Part shown: piece by piece, positions 9,738-18,331 of the stretch
Numbering within the stretch: the first letter of the stretch is position 1
Layout of the letters: each line of letters begins with the position of its first letter
From: an uncultured archaeon
GTDB lineage: Archaea > Asgardarchaeota > Lokiarchaeia > Sigyniarchaeales > SOKP01
Direction of reading: 5' to 3'
DNA length: 35,745 nt
Assembly (NCBI GenBank): GCA_964493715.1
Contig: CAZBPC010000025.1
Coordinates: 1 to 35,745 of the forward strand
The notes under the pieces: generated by a model
What the model was told of the DNA's origin: nothing
The model's input: the letters and a program-made list of their open reading frames with translations, nothing else
The model's database searches: none
Translations under genes and position numbers: made by a program

Positions 9738-10727
9738 TTAATTTTTTTTCAGGTTCACCAGAGTGATACCCAAAATTACTAATACTAGGGCAAAAGGATA
9801 AATAATAATATCAAATTCTTCTTGCAAAAATATGGCAGAGAAAATTACCCCAAATAATGGGACCAAAGTTTGAAATATTGCTGCTCTACTAGCATTTAAA
9901 CGTTTCACACCCTCTAAGTAAAAAGTGTATGCACAGATCGTGCTTATGAATGCCAAATATGAAATGCCAATCCATACTCGCGAGGGAATTGTTAAATAAG
10001 ATATTGGATTTAAATATTCTGGACTGATGATTAATGCGATAGGAGTGGTTATCAAAAATCCAAACAAGGAAACCCAGGTCATGATCCAAATAGAGCTTGG
10101 TTGATAACAATCAGTATTTTCGCGAGTTTTATTAAGGAAAAACCGTGAAATAACTGTATAAGTAGCATATCCAAGTGCAGCAATAAGTATTAAAACATCC
10201 CCAAGAATACGATTCTCCACATTTATATTCGGGGAAAACCCCACAACAATTACTACTGCTATGAATGCTAACAACGAGCCAACTATCTTTCTCCATGAAA
10301 ATCGCTCAGTCTTCAAAAATGAACTTGATAGTATAATTACCCAGACTGCATTAGTCGCAACCATGATACTCGCATCGCTAGCACTGGTAAGAAATTCTCC
10401 GATTAAATAACCCGCTTGATAGATTGTTACCGACAACAATCCCATTAAAGCCAAAATCTTCCAATTTTTTTTTGCAAACTGCCAATTTAAAGTTTTTTCC
10501 TTGAATCTAAGAATAAGAAAAAAACAAGTAACAGCAAGGAAATATCGAATTACCGCAATCATGAATGGAGGGATCGTCGCTCCTCCAACTTCCTCAGATA
10601 CTAACCAACGACCCAAGGGCCACGTGCCTCCCCAGATAATAGTTGTTAAGATCAATAATATATATGCGATAAATTCTTGCTTTCTAGTTGCATCAAAGCT
10701 CGAGTTTATTAATTTGTCATTTATCAA
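9738..10727 (-). CDS. DMT superfamily (EamA) transporter
   Basis: About 10 TM helices in two repeats; IIWGGTW, GDVLILIAALGYATY, ASRAAIF, FLQE motifs. Confidence 0.9.
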   Translation of the reverse strand: MINDKLINSSFDATRKQEFIAYILLILTTIIWGGTWPLGRWLVSEEVGGATIPPFMIAVIRYFLAVTCFFLILRFKEKTLNWQFAKKNWKILALMGLLSVTIYQAGYLIGEFLTSASDASIMVATNAVWVIILSSSFLKTERFSWRKIVGSLLAFIAVVIVVGFSPNINVENRILGDVLILIAALGYATYTVISRFFLNKTRENTDCYQPSSIWIMTWVSLFGFLITTPIALIISPEYLNPISYLTIPSRVWIGISYLAFISTICAYTFYLEGVKRLNASRAAIFQTLVPLFGVIFSAIFLQEEFDIIIYPFALVLVILGITLVNLKKN

Positions 10728-10838
10728 TGTGATAATCTATAATGTATAATCTAAAATAATAATTTTTAATAGAAAATTGAATAATAAATCAAATATTGAG
10801 TAATTAGAATAAATTAAAATTATTAAAAAGGTGAAATT

Positions 10839-11579
10839 GTGGAAGTTAAAAATGACTACTATATTAAGAAAAAAAACAAATTTATGAGAGATTTTGATGA
10901 TAGCTTGCATGCAGTGAAGCAGTTCCTCCTTAAAAAATATGATATGAAAGAAACAGAAGAATTCATCAATAGCATGAAGGTAGAATTCGAAAATATGATT
11001 CCAGATATCCCTTTTATAGGAGGACAAAAAAATCCTACGACCTTAATACTTGTAAAATGCATCTCCGATTTAGCAGTCTTTCGGGTATTAGAAAGAGCAG
11101 AGTATGATTTTATTGAAATTGGTGCATTTCATTACAATTATAGCATGAAAATTCACGAAGAAAGAAAAACTATGTTGGAGAAAGCCGGGAGAGACTCATC
11201 ACAATATCCTTTTGAAGCAGCATACAAGGATTATCAAAAAACGTTATGCGAAAATACATTAAAAAAAACATATCCCGATGATTTCGTTATGGAATATGTT
11301 CCAGGTGATGATAAAACATTTGATTGGGGATGGAATATTCATGAATGTGCAGTTCAGAAAGCATTTACGAAGTTAGGTAATGAAAGATACCTTCCTTTTA
11401 TTTGTTTAGGCGATCATTATGAAGGAGAAGGTTTAGGATTTGGGTTTAGTCGGACTCAAACCTTAGGATTTGGAGCGCCATCATGTGATCATCGTTTTGT
11501 AAAAAATTCTAAAACACCTACAGCATGGCCACCTTATGATTTGAAGGAGTATAATGAAAAATATTTCAAGAGGAATTAA
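10839..11579 (+). CDS. L-2-amino-thiazoline-4-carboxylate hydrolase (ATC_hydrolase)-family protein
   Basis: IPFIGG N-terminal motif; ECAV...YLPFICLGD...RTQTLGFGAPSCDHRF with the three conserved Cys. Confidence 0.8.
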   Translation: MEVKNDYYIKKKNKFMRDFDDSLHAVKQFLLKKYDMKETEEFINSMKVEFENMIPDIPFIGGQKNPTTLILVKCISDLAVFRVLERAEYDFIEIGAFHYNYSMKIHEERKTMLEKAGRDSSQYPFEAAYKDYQKTLCENTLKKTYPDDFVMEYVPGDDKTFDWGWNIHECAVQKAFTKLGNERYLPFICLGDHYEGEGLGFGFSRTQTLGFGAPSCDHRFVKNSKTPTAWPPYDLKEYNEKYFKRN

Positions 11580-11676
11580 CTTTAAAAGAATAATAAGGAT
11601 AATGCTTTTATAGTTGGGCTAATTATAATTAAAAGTCATGTTTTTCAATTAAGATAAATCTTAGGTGATTATAAAA

Positions 11677-12036
11677 ATGGCAGATCTTGGAGCTATTATG
11701 ATTGAGATACTCCTTTATTTGATTGCTCTTATCATAATAACGATTTTTATGAAAATAGCATTAGGTTTTTTCAGTAAAGCTAACCATACGGAGTTTGGTC
11801 AAGTGTTCCTCACTTCATTCTTGATGACGCTAATTCTATTCCTTTTTGATTGGTTCTGGCCTGGTATACTTGGTTTAATAATTGCTCTAATATTAATTTG
11901 GATTTTAATTAGCGTGCGACATAATACCGGCTTTTTTGGGGCAATATTAATAACCATAATTGCAATTATACTTTATATTGTAGTAGCCATATTAATTGGG
12001 ATATTATTCGGAGTTACCTTGTTAATTCTATTTTAA
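11677..12036 (+). CDS. Small 4-TM membrane protein, hypothetical
   Basis: Four hydrophobic segments. GGTGA Shine-Dalgarno-like site upstream of ATG 11677 (the track starts at GTG 11665). Confidence 0.7.
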   Translation: MADLGAIMIEILLYLIALIIITIFMKIALGFFSKANHTEFGQVFLTSFLMTLILFLFDWFWPGILGLIIALILIWILISVRHNTGFFGAILITIIAIILYIVVAILIGILFGVTLLILF

Positions 12037-12113
12037 TGCTTTTATTAACAACATTATTTTTTTTTCTTTCAATGAATTGAAAGACTTAATTTTTACCACA
12101 ATTTAAATTCCTT

Positions 12114-12689
12114 ATGAAAGTAGTTATTTTTAATGGAAGTCCGAGAAAAGAAGGAAATACATATCAATGTCTTCAAGTGGTAATTAAAGAATTGGAAAAA
12201 GCTGGAATTGAATATGAGTACATTTGGATCGGAATGGATAACATTCAAGGATGCATTTCTTGTTATCAATGTGCAAAGAATCGGGACAAGAGATGTGGAG
12301 TAAAAACAGATAAATTAAATGAATATCTTGCGAAAATGATTGAAGCAGATGGCATTATATTAGGTTCACCAACCTATTTTGCTGACACGTCAACTAGAAT
12401 GAAAGCATTAATTGAGAGAGCAGGTCTCGTTAGTAAAATAAATGGAAATCTTCTAAAACATAAAGTAGGTTCTGCCGTCGTAGCAGTAAGGAGAGCAGGA
12501 GCAACTCACGTATTTTCTAGTATAAATTATTTCTTCTTGATAAACCAAATGTTTGTTGTTGGATCGAGCTATTGGAATTTAGGTATCGGTTTAAATCCTG
12601 GAGATGTTATGAATGATAAAGAAGGTATAGCTACATTTAAAGATTTAGGGCAGAATTTTGCTTACTTGCTCCAGAAATTAAAAACATAA
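12114..12689 (+). CDS. Iron-sulfur flavoprotein (Isf)/flavodoxin-like FMN reductase family
   Basis: GSPRKEGNT, CISCYQC-x7-C cluster motif, ADGIILGSPTYF, RRAGA. Confidence 0.9.
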   Translation: MKVVIFNGSPRKEGNTYQCLQVVIKELEKAGIEYEYIWIGMDNIQGCISCYQCAKNRDKRCGVKTDKLNEYLAKMIEADGIILGSPTYFADTSTRMKALIERAGLVSKINGNLLKHKVGSAVVAVRRAGATHVFSSINYFFLINQMFVVGSSYWNLGIGLNPGDVMNDKEGIATFKDLGQNFAYLLQKLKT

Positions 12690-12799
12690 ATTAAAAATTA
12701 ACAGTTATTTTTTCATACTTTAAGTTATGTAAGTGATTTATTCCAAATATCATAAAGATTGGAATTATAACTACTTAATTTTAGAATTTATTAAAAAAT

Positions 12800-13417
12800 T
12801 TAAATTGATTTTAATTGGGTGATTAAAGAGTTCCAAAATATTTCTTTAAATTTACCAGATTGATTAATCCCATCAATAGTTAACTCTATTGCCTCTTGAG
12901 AACATGCATTTACGCAAGAACCGCATTTTATGCAACTTTTTCCATTGAATGCTGGTTTCGATTTTTTGTTCTTAGATCCTTCTTCATTTTTAGGTAATTG
13001 TTTTGTAAAGCAACTAGTAGGACACACATTAACGCAAGACATGCAGGATATACATTTTTTCCAATCTACTTCGACATTCCCACTTAAGAACATTTTAGCT
13101 TCAGTAGTTGGATTTTCAAGTTCAACCAATTCATAGTCTAATTTTGGAACAATATTTTTATTTACAATCTTGAAATCCTTTTGTTTAATATATTTCCCAT
13201 CTTTTTTTAACCAAATTGATGATGTTGGACAAAGATAGGCACATGTACCACAAAAAGAACAATCTCGTGGATTAGGGATTGATGGAATCAGATCTCCTCG
13301 ATTCACTCTTATCTTACCTTCTGTAGAAGGGAAATGAATTACTTGGTTTGGACATGCTCTCGAACAAATTCCACACCCTATACACTTACATCTATCAAAT
13401 TCGATGGATTGTTCCAA
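12800..13417 (-). CDS. Polyferredoxin with 4 x [4Fe-4S] motifs (Fwd-associated-like); N-terminus possibly truncated
   Basis: Four CxxCxxCxxxC motifs: CIGCGICSRACP, CSFCGTCAYLCP, CISCMSCVNVCP, CIKCGSCVNACS. TTG start, with a stop 8 codons upstream. Confidence 0.85.
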   Translation of the reverse strand: MEQSIEFDRCKCIGCGICSRACPNQVIHFPSTEGKIRVNRGDLIPSIPNPRDCSFCGTCAYLCPTSSIWLKKDGKYIKQKDFKIVNKNIVPKLDYELVELENPTTEAKMFLSGNVEVDWKKCISCMSCVNVCPTSCFTKQLPKNEEGSKNKKSKPAFNGKSCIKCGSCVNACSQEAIELTIDGINQSGKFKEIFWNSLITQLKSI

Positions 13418-13426
13418 AAGATAAAA

Positions 13427-14023
13427 TTGAAAAAAGAATTAGAAAAAGTACAGCTCTTATTAAAAGATAGTAAGGCGGAGACATCTGGATTTAGTGAAAA
13501 ACTCCAGCAGTTGACTCTCGAAAGTATCATCCAAAAATCAAAAAACAAAAAATACATGAAAGAAAAATATGGATGTAAATTCTGTGCTTTTTTCCATCAA
13601 ATAGATCTACCAGATGAACAACTTGAGGAACTAATTTACAAGCAACTCATTAAAAAGCTCTATACGTTAACTAATATTGATTTTTCAGGCTATAAAATAG
13701 AAGAACTCGACTTGTTGAACATTCATAATAAAATTTCAACTGATAAGGATTCGTTAATCAAATCAATCCTTCTCAATTATATGCAAAAAATCAAGCAACA
13801 ATTACCTTCTTTATGCATTTATAAGAATGAAATTAACACTAAACCGTGCGTACATTATGAACTAAAAGTACTGGATGTGAATATAAGAGAACGTTTGGAA
13901 TATCTTAACTCCAAAATTGAAAGAAGATATAACACTCTTTCTGTTTTTTTATCTTCTATCTTAAGTGTTATAGCTATTGCTATTAGTATTTTTTCGCTAA
14001 TGCTTAATTTATATTACGTCTAA
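13427..14023 (+). CDS. Hypothetical protein with CxxC plus two distal Cys and a C-terminal TM anchor; start uncertain (TTG 13427 or ATG 13556)
   Basis: CKFC...LC...KPCVHY suggests a metal site; hydrophobic C-terminal helix. The track start at 13334 overlaps the polyferredoxin and is unlikely. Confidence 0.5.
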   Translation: MKKELEKVQLLLKDSKAETSGFSEKLQQLTLESIIQKSKNKKYMKEKYGCKFCAFFHQIDLPDEQLEELIYKQLIKKLYTLTNIDFSGYKIEELDLLNIHNKISTDKDSLIKSILLNYMQKIKQQLPSLCIYKNEINTKPCVHYELKVLDVNIRERLEYLNSKIERRYNTLSVFLSSILSVIAIAISIFSLMLNLYYV

Positions 14024-14439
14024 ATGCTAAAGCATATTAATCACTAATTTTTGGTGTGTTAAGTTCCATACATTCCAATCCCTCATAATAATTTTTAATA
14101 ATTTATTATTTAACATTACATTGAAATAAACTAATTTAATGGTATAGTTATCAAAACACTATCAACTCTAAAAGAAAGTAGAGATAAAAATCAGAAGTAA
14201 TGAATTCATATTTTATGAAGAATATTAGGTTCTAGATTTACTATTAAGGTAAGACTTGACAAGAACAGGCATTTAAATCCATTAGGTTATATTTTTCATT
14301 ATTCTGATTTTTATATTAATTAAATGAGATGGATTTTTATATAAATAAATTTATTATAAGTTAGAAATAGTTATTAAATAATAGAGCTTAAACGATAAAA
14401 ATTTGATTTGGATATCTCTAATTATATAGATGATCAAAA

Positions 14440-14955
14440 TTGATTAAATACATCATTCTAAAAAGCTCAAGATTATTGCTTCGAACACTTTTAGTAGAAG
14501 ATATTCAAGGAATTATTGAGCTTCAAAAAGAAAATAACATGCTTAATTGGTTTCTATCTAAAAATGATAATGAGAAATTTATTCAAGATCTTGAAAATGA
14601 AAAGTTTAATTATTACATTTTTTCAATAATTCTAAGAAGTTCTAATTCTTTTATAGGTTGTTGTGGATTAGAAATCATAGACATTAAATTTCAAGCTAAA
14701 ATTTTTTATGCATTATTTTCCAATTTTTGGGGTAATGGGTATTGTCACGAATCAATTAAGCAACTCTTAAATTTTGCATTTAAAGAGCTTTCATTGAATA
14801 AAATTACTGCTCATATCAGTGATGGTAATGCAAGAGGCTGGAAAGTTGTAGAAAGAGCGGGTTTGAAATATATGGGCCAATTAAATGTTAATAATAACAA
14901 ATTAATGCTCTTTTCAATTAATAAGAAAGAATATTTAAATCAAAATTGGTATTAA
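14440..14955 (+). CDS. GNAT N-acetyltransferase, RimJ/RimL type
   Basis: SSRLLLR, FIGCCGL, FWGNGYCHE (motif A), NARGWKVVERAGL (motif B). Confidence 0.88.
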   Translation: MIKYIILKSSRLLLRTLLVEDIQGIIELQKENNMLNWFLSKNDNEKFIQDLENEKFNYYIFSIILRSSNSFIGCCGLEIIDIKFQAKIFYALFSNFWGNGYCHESIKQLLNFAFKELSLNKITAHISDGNARGWKVVERAGLKYMGQLNVNNNKLMLFSINKKEYLNQNWY

Positions 14956-15006
14956 CTCATTAGTTCATATCTTTATTTTAATTATATCAAATAATTGGAG
15001 ATTATA

Positions 15007-15603
15007 GTGCAGTTATATAGTGTAGCTGAAAATGGTGCTTTAAGAAAGGTTAAAAAAATTGATTTTGATGCTAGCAAAGTTTATCTTATTGATGACATAA
15101 AAACACTTTACATCTGGATTGGAAGCAAATCATCCAATAAAAAAACGGAATATAGTAATAAACGAGCCGAGGATTTAAACAAAAAAAGAAAAAAAAATGC
15201 AAAGATTGTCATTGAATATCAAGGAAAGGAATTTGGATCGTTTTTAGCTATTATGGAATTGCTTAATAAAGGAGAAATCGATGAAACGAGCGAGAAACGA
15301 CGTTTAGAACTGAAAATAAACTATAAGGACACATTAGAATTACTTGAAGCAGGAATAGAACCTGATTTCGAAGGAAAGGTTACAGTAGCAAGTCATGATT
15401 TAATTGAGGAAGGGCATTCTTATGAAATACTATGCGAAAAACTAGCAAAAATCCAATTGCACATGTTAAAGGGGAAAGGAAAGATAACAGCTGAAGAAAT
15501 AGATCAAAAATCTCATGAAATTTTTAAATCATCATCAACTTATGAAGAACTTTGCTGGTTAATTTCCGAATTAAGTGCTTTATTAGAAAAAAAATCCATC
15601 TAA
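15007..15603 (+). CDS. Gelsolin-domain protein with C-terminal helical domain (1DGelX-like Asgard actin regulator)
   Basis: KVYLIDD..LYIWIGSKSS...IEYQGKEFGSFL is the gelsolin repeat signature; C-terminal duplicated YExLC(W) helices. GTG 15007 is the probable start (track: TTG 14995). Confidence 0.82.
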   Translation: MQLYSVAENGALRKVKKIDFDASKVYLIDDIKTLYIWIGSKSSNKKTEYSNKRAEDLNKKRKKNAKIVIEYQGKEFGSFLAIMELLNKGEIDETSEKRRLELKINYKDTLELLEAGIEPDFEGKVTVASHDLIEEGHSYEILCEKLAKIQLHMLKGKGKITAEEIDQKSHEIFKSSSTYEELCWLISELSALLEKKSI

Positions 15604-15660
15604 TGAACCTTCTAGCTAATGAAGGATGTAGTTAATTTCAACAAAAGAATGAAAAAAAAT

Positions 15661-16044
15661 CTATAAATAGAGATTAAGCTTATCTAAGTTCTTTTGCATT
15701 ATAGCTTGTCGTTTTTCTTGATCTATTTTTTCTGCCTCCATGCCTTGGGAATCATCTTCTGAGATCTCTGCCTCCTCAGCTTCATATGCTTTCTCAACCA
15801 TCATCCCATATTTCATTGCATTAGCAACTAATTCAGGAATCAGAGAAATCATGCTTTTAAAACTAAATATACCACTTAAATGACTTAATATTTTGATCAT
15901 ACGACCAAAAGGGTCATCATCTACCTCGGGTTTTTTCACAATGTCCATAATTCTTTTAAATAAAACTTCATAAAAAACCTCAAGTTCTGTTGCATTGAGA
16001 GCAAATTCATTATCTTCATCTTCTTCTGTTTCTTCCTCTTCTAT
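15661..16044 (-). CDS. Acidic hypothetical protein, probably starting at an ATA codon 32 codons upstream of the track start
   Basis: Frame is open and protein-like upstream of 15948 (IEEEETEEDEDNEFALNATELEVFYEVLFKRI); GGTGA lies 6 nt before ATA 16044. Confidence 0.6.
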   Translation of the reverse strand: MEEEETEEDEDNEFALNATELEVFYEVLFKRIMDIVKKPEVDDDPFGRMIKILSHLSGIFSFKSMISLIPELVANAMKYGMMVEKAYEAEEAEISEDDSQGMEAEKIDQEKRQAIMQKNLDKLNLYL

Positions 16045-16193
16045 TTTTCTTCACCCGTATATTAATAAATATGTAAAAATAATCATCTAATATTAAAAAT
16101 TTAGTCATTTTATGAAATATCAAAGTGTAAAAAATTTTAAATTATTGTTGTAGTAATAAGTGTCTTTAATTTAATTTGACTCCATTAAATTTT

Positions 16194-16556
16194 ATGGCAG
16201 AAGTAAGTATGAGAAAGTTATTTTTTGAATGGAATGAGTTGAATAAAAAAGCTGAAAAATTTTTTGGTGAGTTTAATTTCTCGAAAATAAAAGAGATTCG
16301 AAGAGAGCAGAACATACTTGAAGATAAAATATATAATGAAGTTAAAAAGAATGCTCCCGAGCAAATAAACAAAATTCTCCCTGATGATGTTGGAGAATTA
16401 GAGGTTGGATATGAGGTAAATGGTAGCATTTTTTACTTCGTGATGATCGATCCCTCTTTGGAAGATGATGAAGAAACAAGACTAATCGCAATTACTTTTG
16501 ATGAAAATAAAAAAATAGAGTTAATCAATAATTTTAAAATTAATGAGGAAAATTAA
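16194..16556 (+). CDS. Hypothetical protein
   Basis: Typical codon and residue composition; ATG at 16194 or 16209 is more likely than TTG 16176. Confidence 0.65.
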   Translation: MAEVSMRKLFFEWNELNKKAEKFFGEFNFSKIKEIRREQNILEDKIYNEVKKNAPEQINKILPDDVGELEVGYEVNGSIFYFVMIDPSLEDDEETRLIAITFDENKKIELINNFKINEEN

Positions 16557-16560
16557 AGCA

Positions 16561-18090
16561 TTAAAACTTGTCAGAATCCTTATACCATGAAGGGTACCAT
16601 TCGTAATAACTTAAAGGAAATGCTTTTTGTAATCCATCATACGAGGCTTTCACTAAAGTAGTTTTTCCTTGGCGATCTTTGTTTGATACTATGAGTTTTT
16701 TCTCTTCTAATGACTCCAATATTTTCCGAATTTCAGATCGACTCCCCCCTATATCTTCCCTCACATCATCTGGTGTGATATATAGCCCCGGGCTGACTTT
16801 ATAGTCGTGTGCTATGACTTTCAATACATTTTCTTCATTTACTTCCATGCCTTTAAATTTGGAGTCTCTTGTTGATATAATAGGTGCGTTAACATCATAA
16901 TTCCATCTATATCTAAGGTTTGTATTAAACAATGGAAGCATTGCAGAGAAACGATATATGATCATTTTTTGAATTTCATTTGTACCTGCTACTATTTCTC
17001 CTACTTTAGCTTCTCGTAATATCCGTTCTATTGGAAGGAATTTAGTGAGTCCGTCACCGCCAAGAATTTGAATAGCTTTTACTCCAATTTCTCTTGCATA
17101 TTCTGTATTAAATAATTTTGAAATTGAAGCTTCAATCATGGGTTCCTTACCTTCATCCAGTAAATGTGCGCAATAATAAGTATACAATCGAGATACTTTA
17201 GTCTTCATAATTATATCAGCAATTTCGCTTTGAACACCTGGAAATGTAAGAGTTGGGCGATTAAATTGAATTCTACGTTTGGTATAATTGAATAATACTT
17301 GAACAACATCTTCAAAAAGGCCACCAAACACTGCAGCACCTATGAGTCTTTCAAAGTTAAGCCCTGCCATCATGACATTCCATCCTTTTCCTACTTCTCC
17401 GACACGATTTTTATCTGGAATTCTTACGTGATCAAAATTAATGACACCATTCGGAACATTATCGAAACCAATTAATGGATTAATCTTTTCTAAAGTAAAA
17501 CCTGGTCTTCCTCTTTCTACTAAGAACGAAGTCAAATGACTGTACTGTTTGCGATCTCCGGGATCATCACTAGTTTTAGCATAGATGAAATACCTTCCAG
17601 ATACACCTGCTCCCGTTATAAATCGTTTCTTACCATTTATAACCCATTCATCACCATCCTTTGTTGCTGTTGTATGTACATTAGCCGCATCACTTCCAGC
17701 AAAAGGTTCTGTAATACAAAGTGCTCCCAATTCTTCGCCACTGGCAATTTTAGGAAGCCATTCTTGTTTTTGCTCTTCAGTACCAAACCTCAATATTTGC
17801 TCTAATCCAGCTAACATTGATACAGTGAAAACATGACCAACCGCATATAATCTTCCTAATTGCTCAGCAACAATACAGCTCCCAGTAGGACCTAATTCCA
17901 TTCCACCATACTTTTTTGGTACCCCTGCTCCAAAATAACCTTCCTTAGCAACTTTTTTGACTAAAGGCCAAGGAAATTCTGTTTTCCAAAAATAGGTTTC
18001 CGCTTCTTCATAATTTTTAGCAACAAATTCCCTTACTTGCTTAGAAATAGCTTTTTGTTCTTCTGTCCACCAAAAATATTCTTCACTCAT
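16561..18090 (-). CDS. Acyl-CoA dehydrogenase (isovaleryl-CoA dehydrogenase-like catalytic arrangement) with C-terminal winged-helix-like extension
   Basis: CITEPFAGSD, INGKKRFIT, RIQFNRP, QILGGDG, GTNEIQK; about 125 extra C-terminal residues. Confidence 0.92.
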   Translation of the reverse strand: MSEEYFWWTEEQKAISKQVREFVAKNYEEAETYFWKTEFPWPLVKKVAKEGYFGAGVPKKYGGMELGPTGSCIVAEQLGRLYAVGHVFTVSMLAGLEQILRFGTEEQKQEWLPKIASGEELGALCITEPFAGSDAANVHTTATKDGDEWVINGKKRFITGAGVSGRYFIYAKTSDDPGDRKQYSHLTSFLVERGRPGFTLEKINPLIGFDNVPNGVINFDHVRIPDKNRVGEVGKGWNVMMAGLNFERLIGAAVFGGLFEDVVQVLFNYTKRRIQFNRPTLTFPGVQSEIADIIMKTKVSRLYTYYCAHLLDEGKEPMIEASISKLFNTEYAREIGVKAIQILGGDGLTKFLPIERILREAKVGEIVAGTNEIQKMIIYRFSAMLPLFNTNLRYRWNYDVNAPIISTRDSKFKGMEVNEENVLKVIAHDYKVSPGLYITPDDVREDIGGSRSEIRKILESLEEKKLIVSNKDRQGKTTLVKASYDGLQKAFPLSYYEWYPSWYKDSDKF

Positions 18091-18331
18091 TATATTCTAT
18101 ACCTTAAAGAGTTAATATTTATGCTTGATAAAATTCTTCGTATATCTAAAAGTTTGGGGATTTTATCCACATTTTAAATCCAAATTCATGTATCGTTTAC
18201 AATTTTAATTCGGTTTTAAAAAATTTATCTCATAAATTTTTCGAGAGGATAAAATTAAATTACTTAGCTCTCATTATTCTTAAAAAATGCATAATAAATT
18301 GGATTTTTAATAAATAAAAAAGTGAATTACC

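Noticed and set aside
14024-14439. 416-bp intergenic gap as a ncRNA, tRNA or replication origin
   Set aside because: No GC-rich stem, cloverleaf, ORB-like repeat or adjacent cdc6/orc1 gene is visible; only short broken frames.
16045-16060. In-frame TGA upstream of the 15661 ORF (and at 18323) as a selenocysteine codon
   Set aside because: The TGA is part of a GTGA Shine-Dalgarno-like motif, no coding frame continues upstream, there is no redox motif context, and I saw no SECIS-like hairpin.
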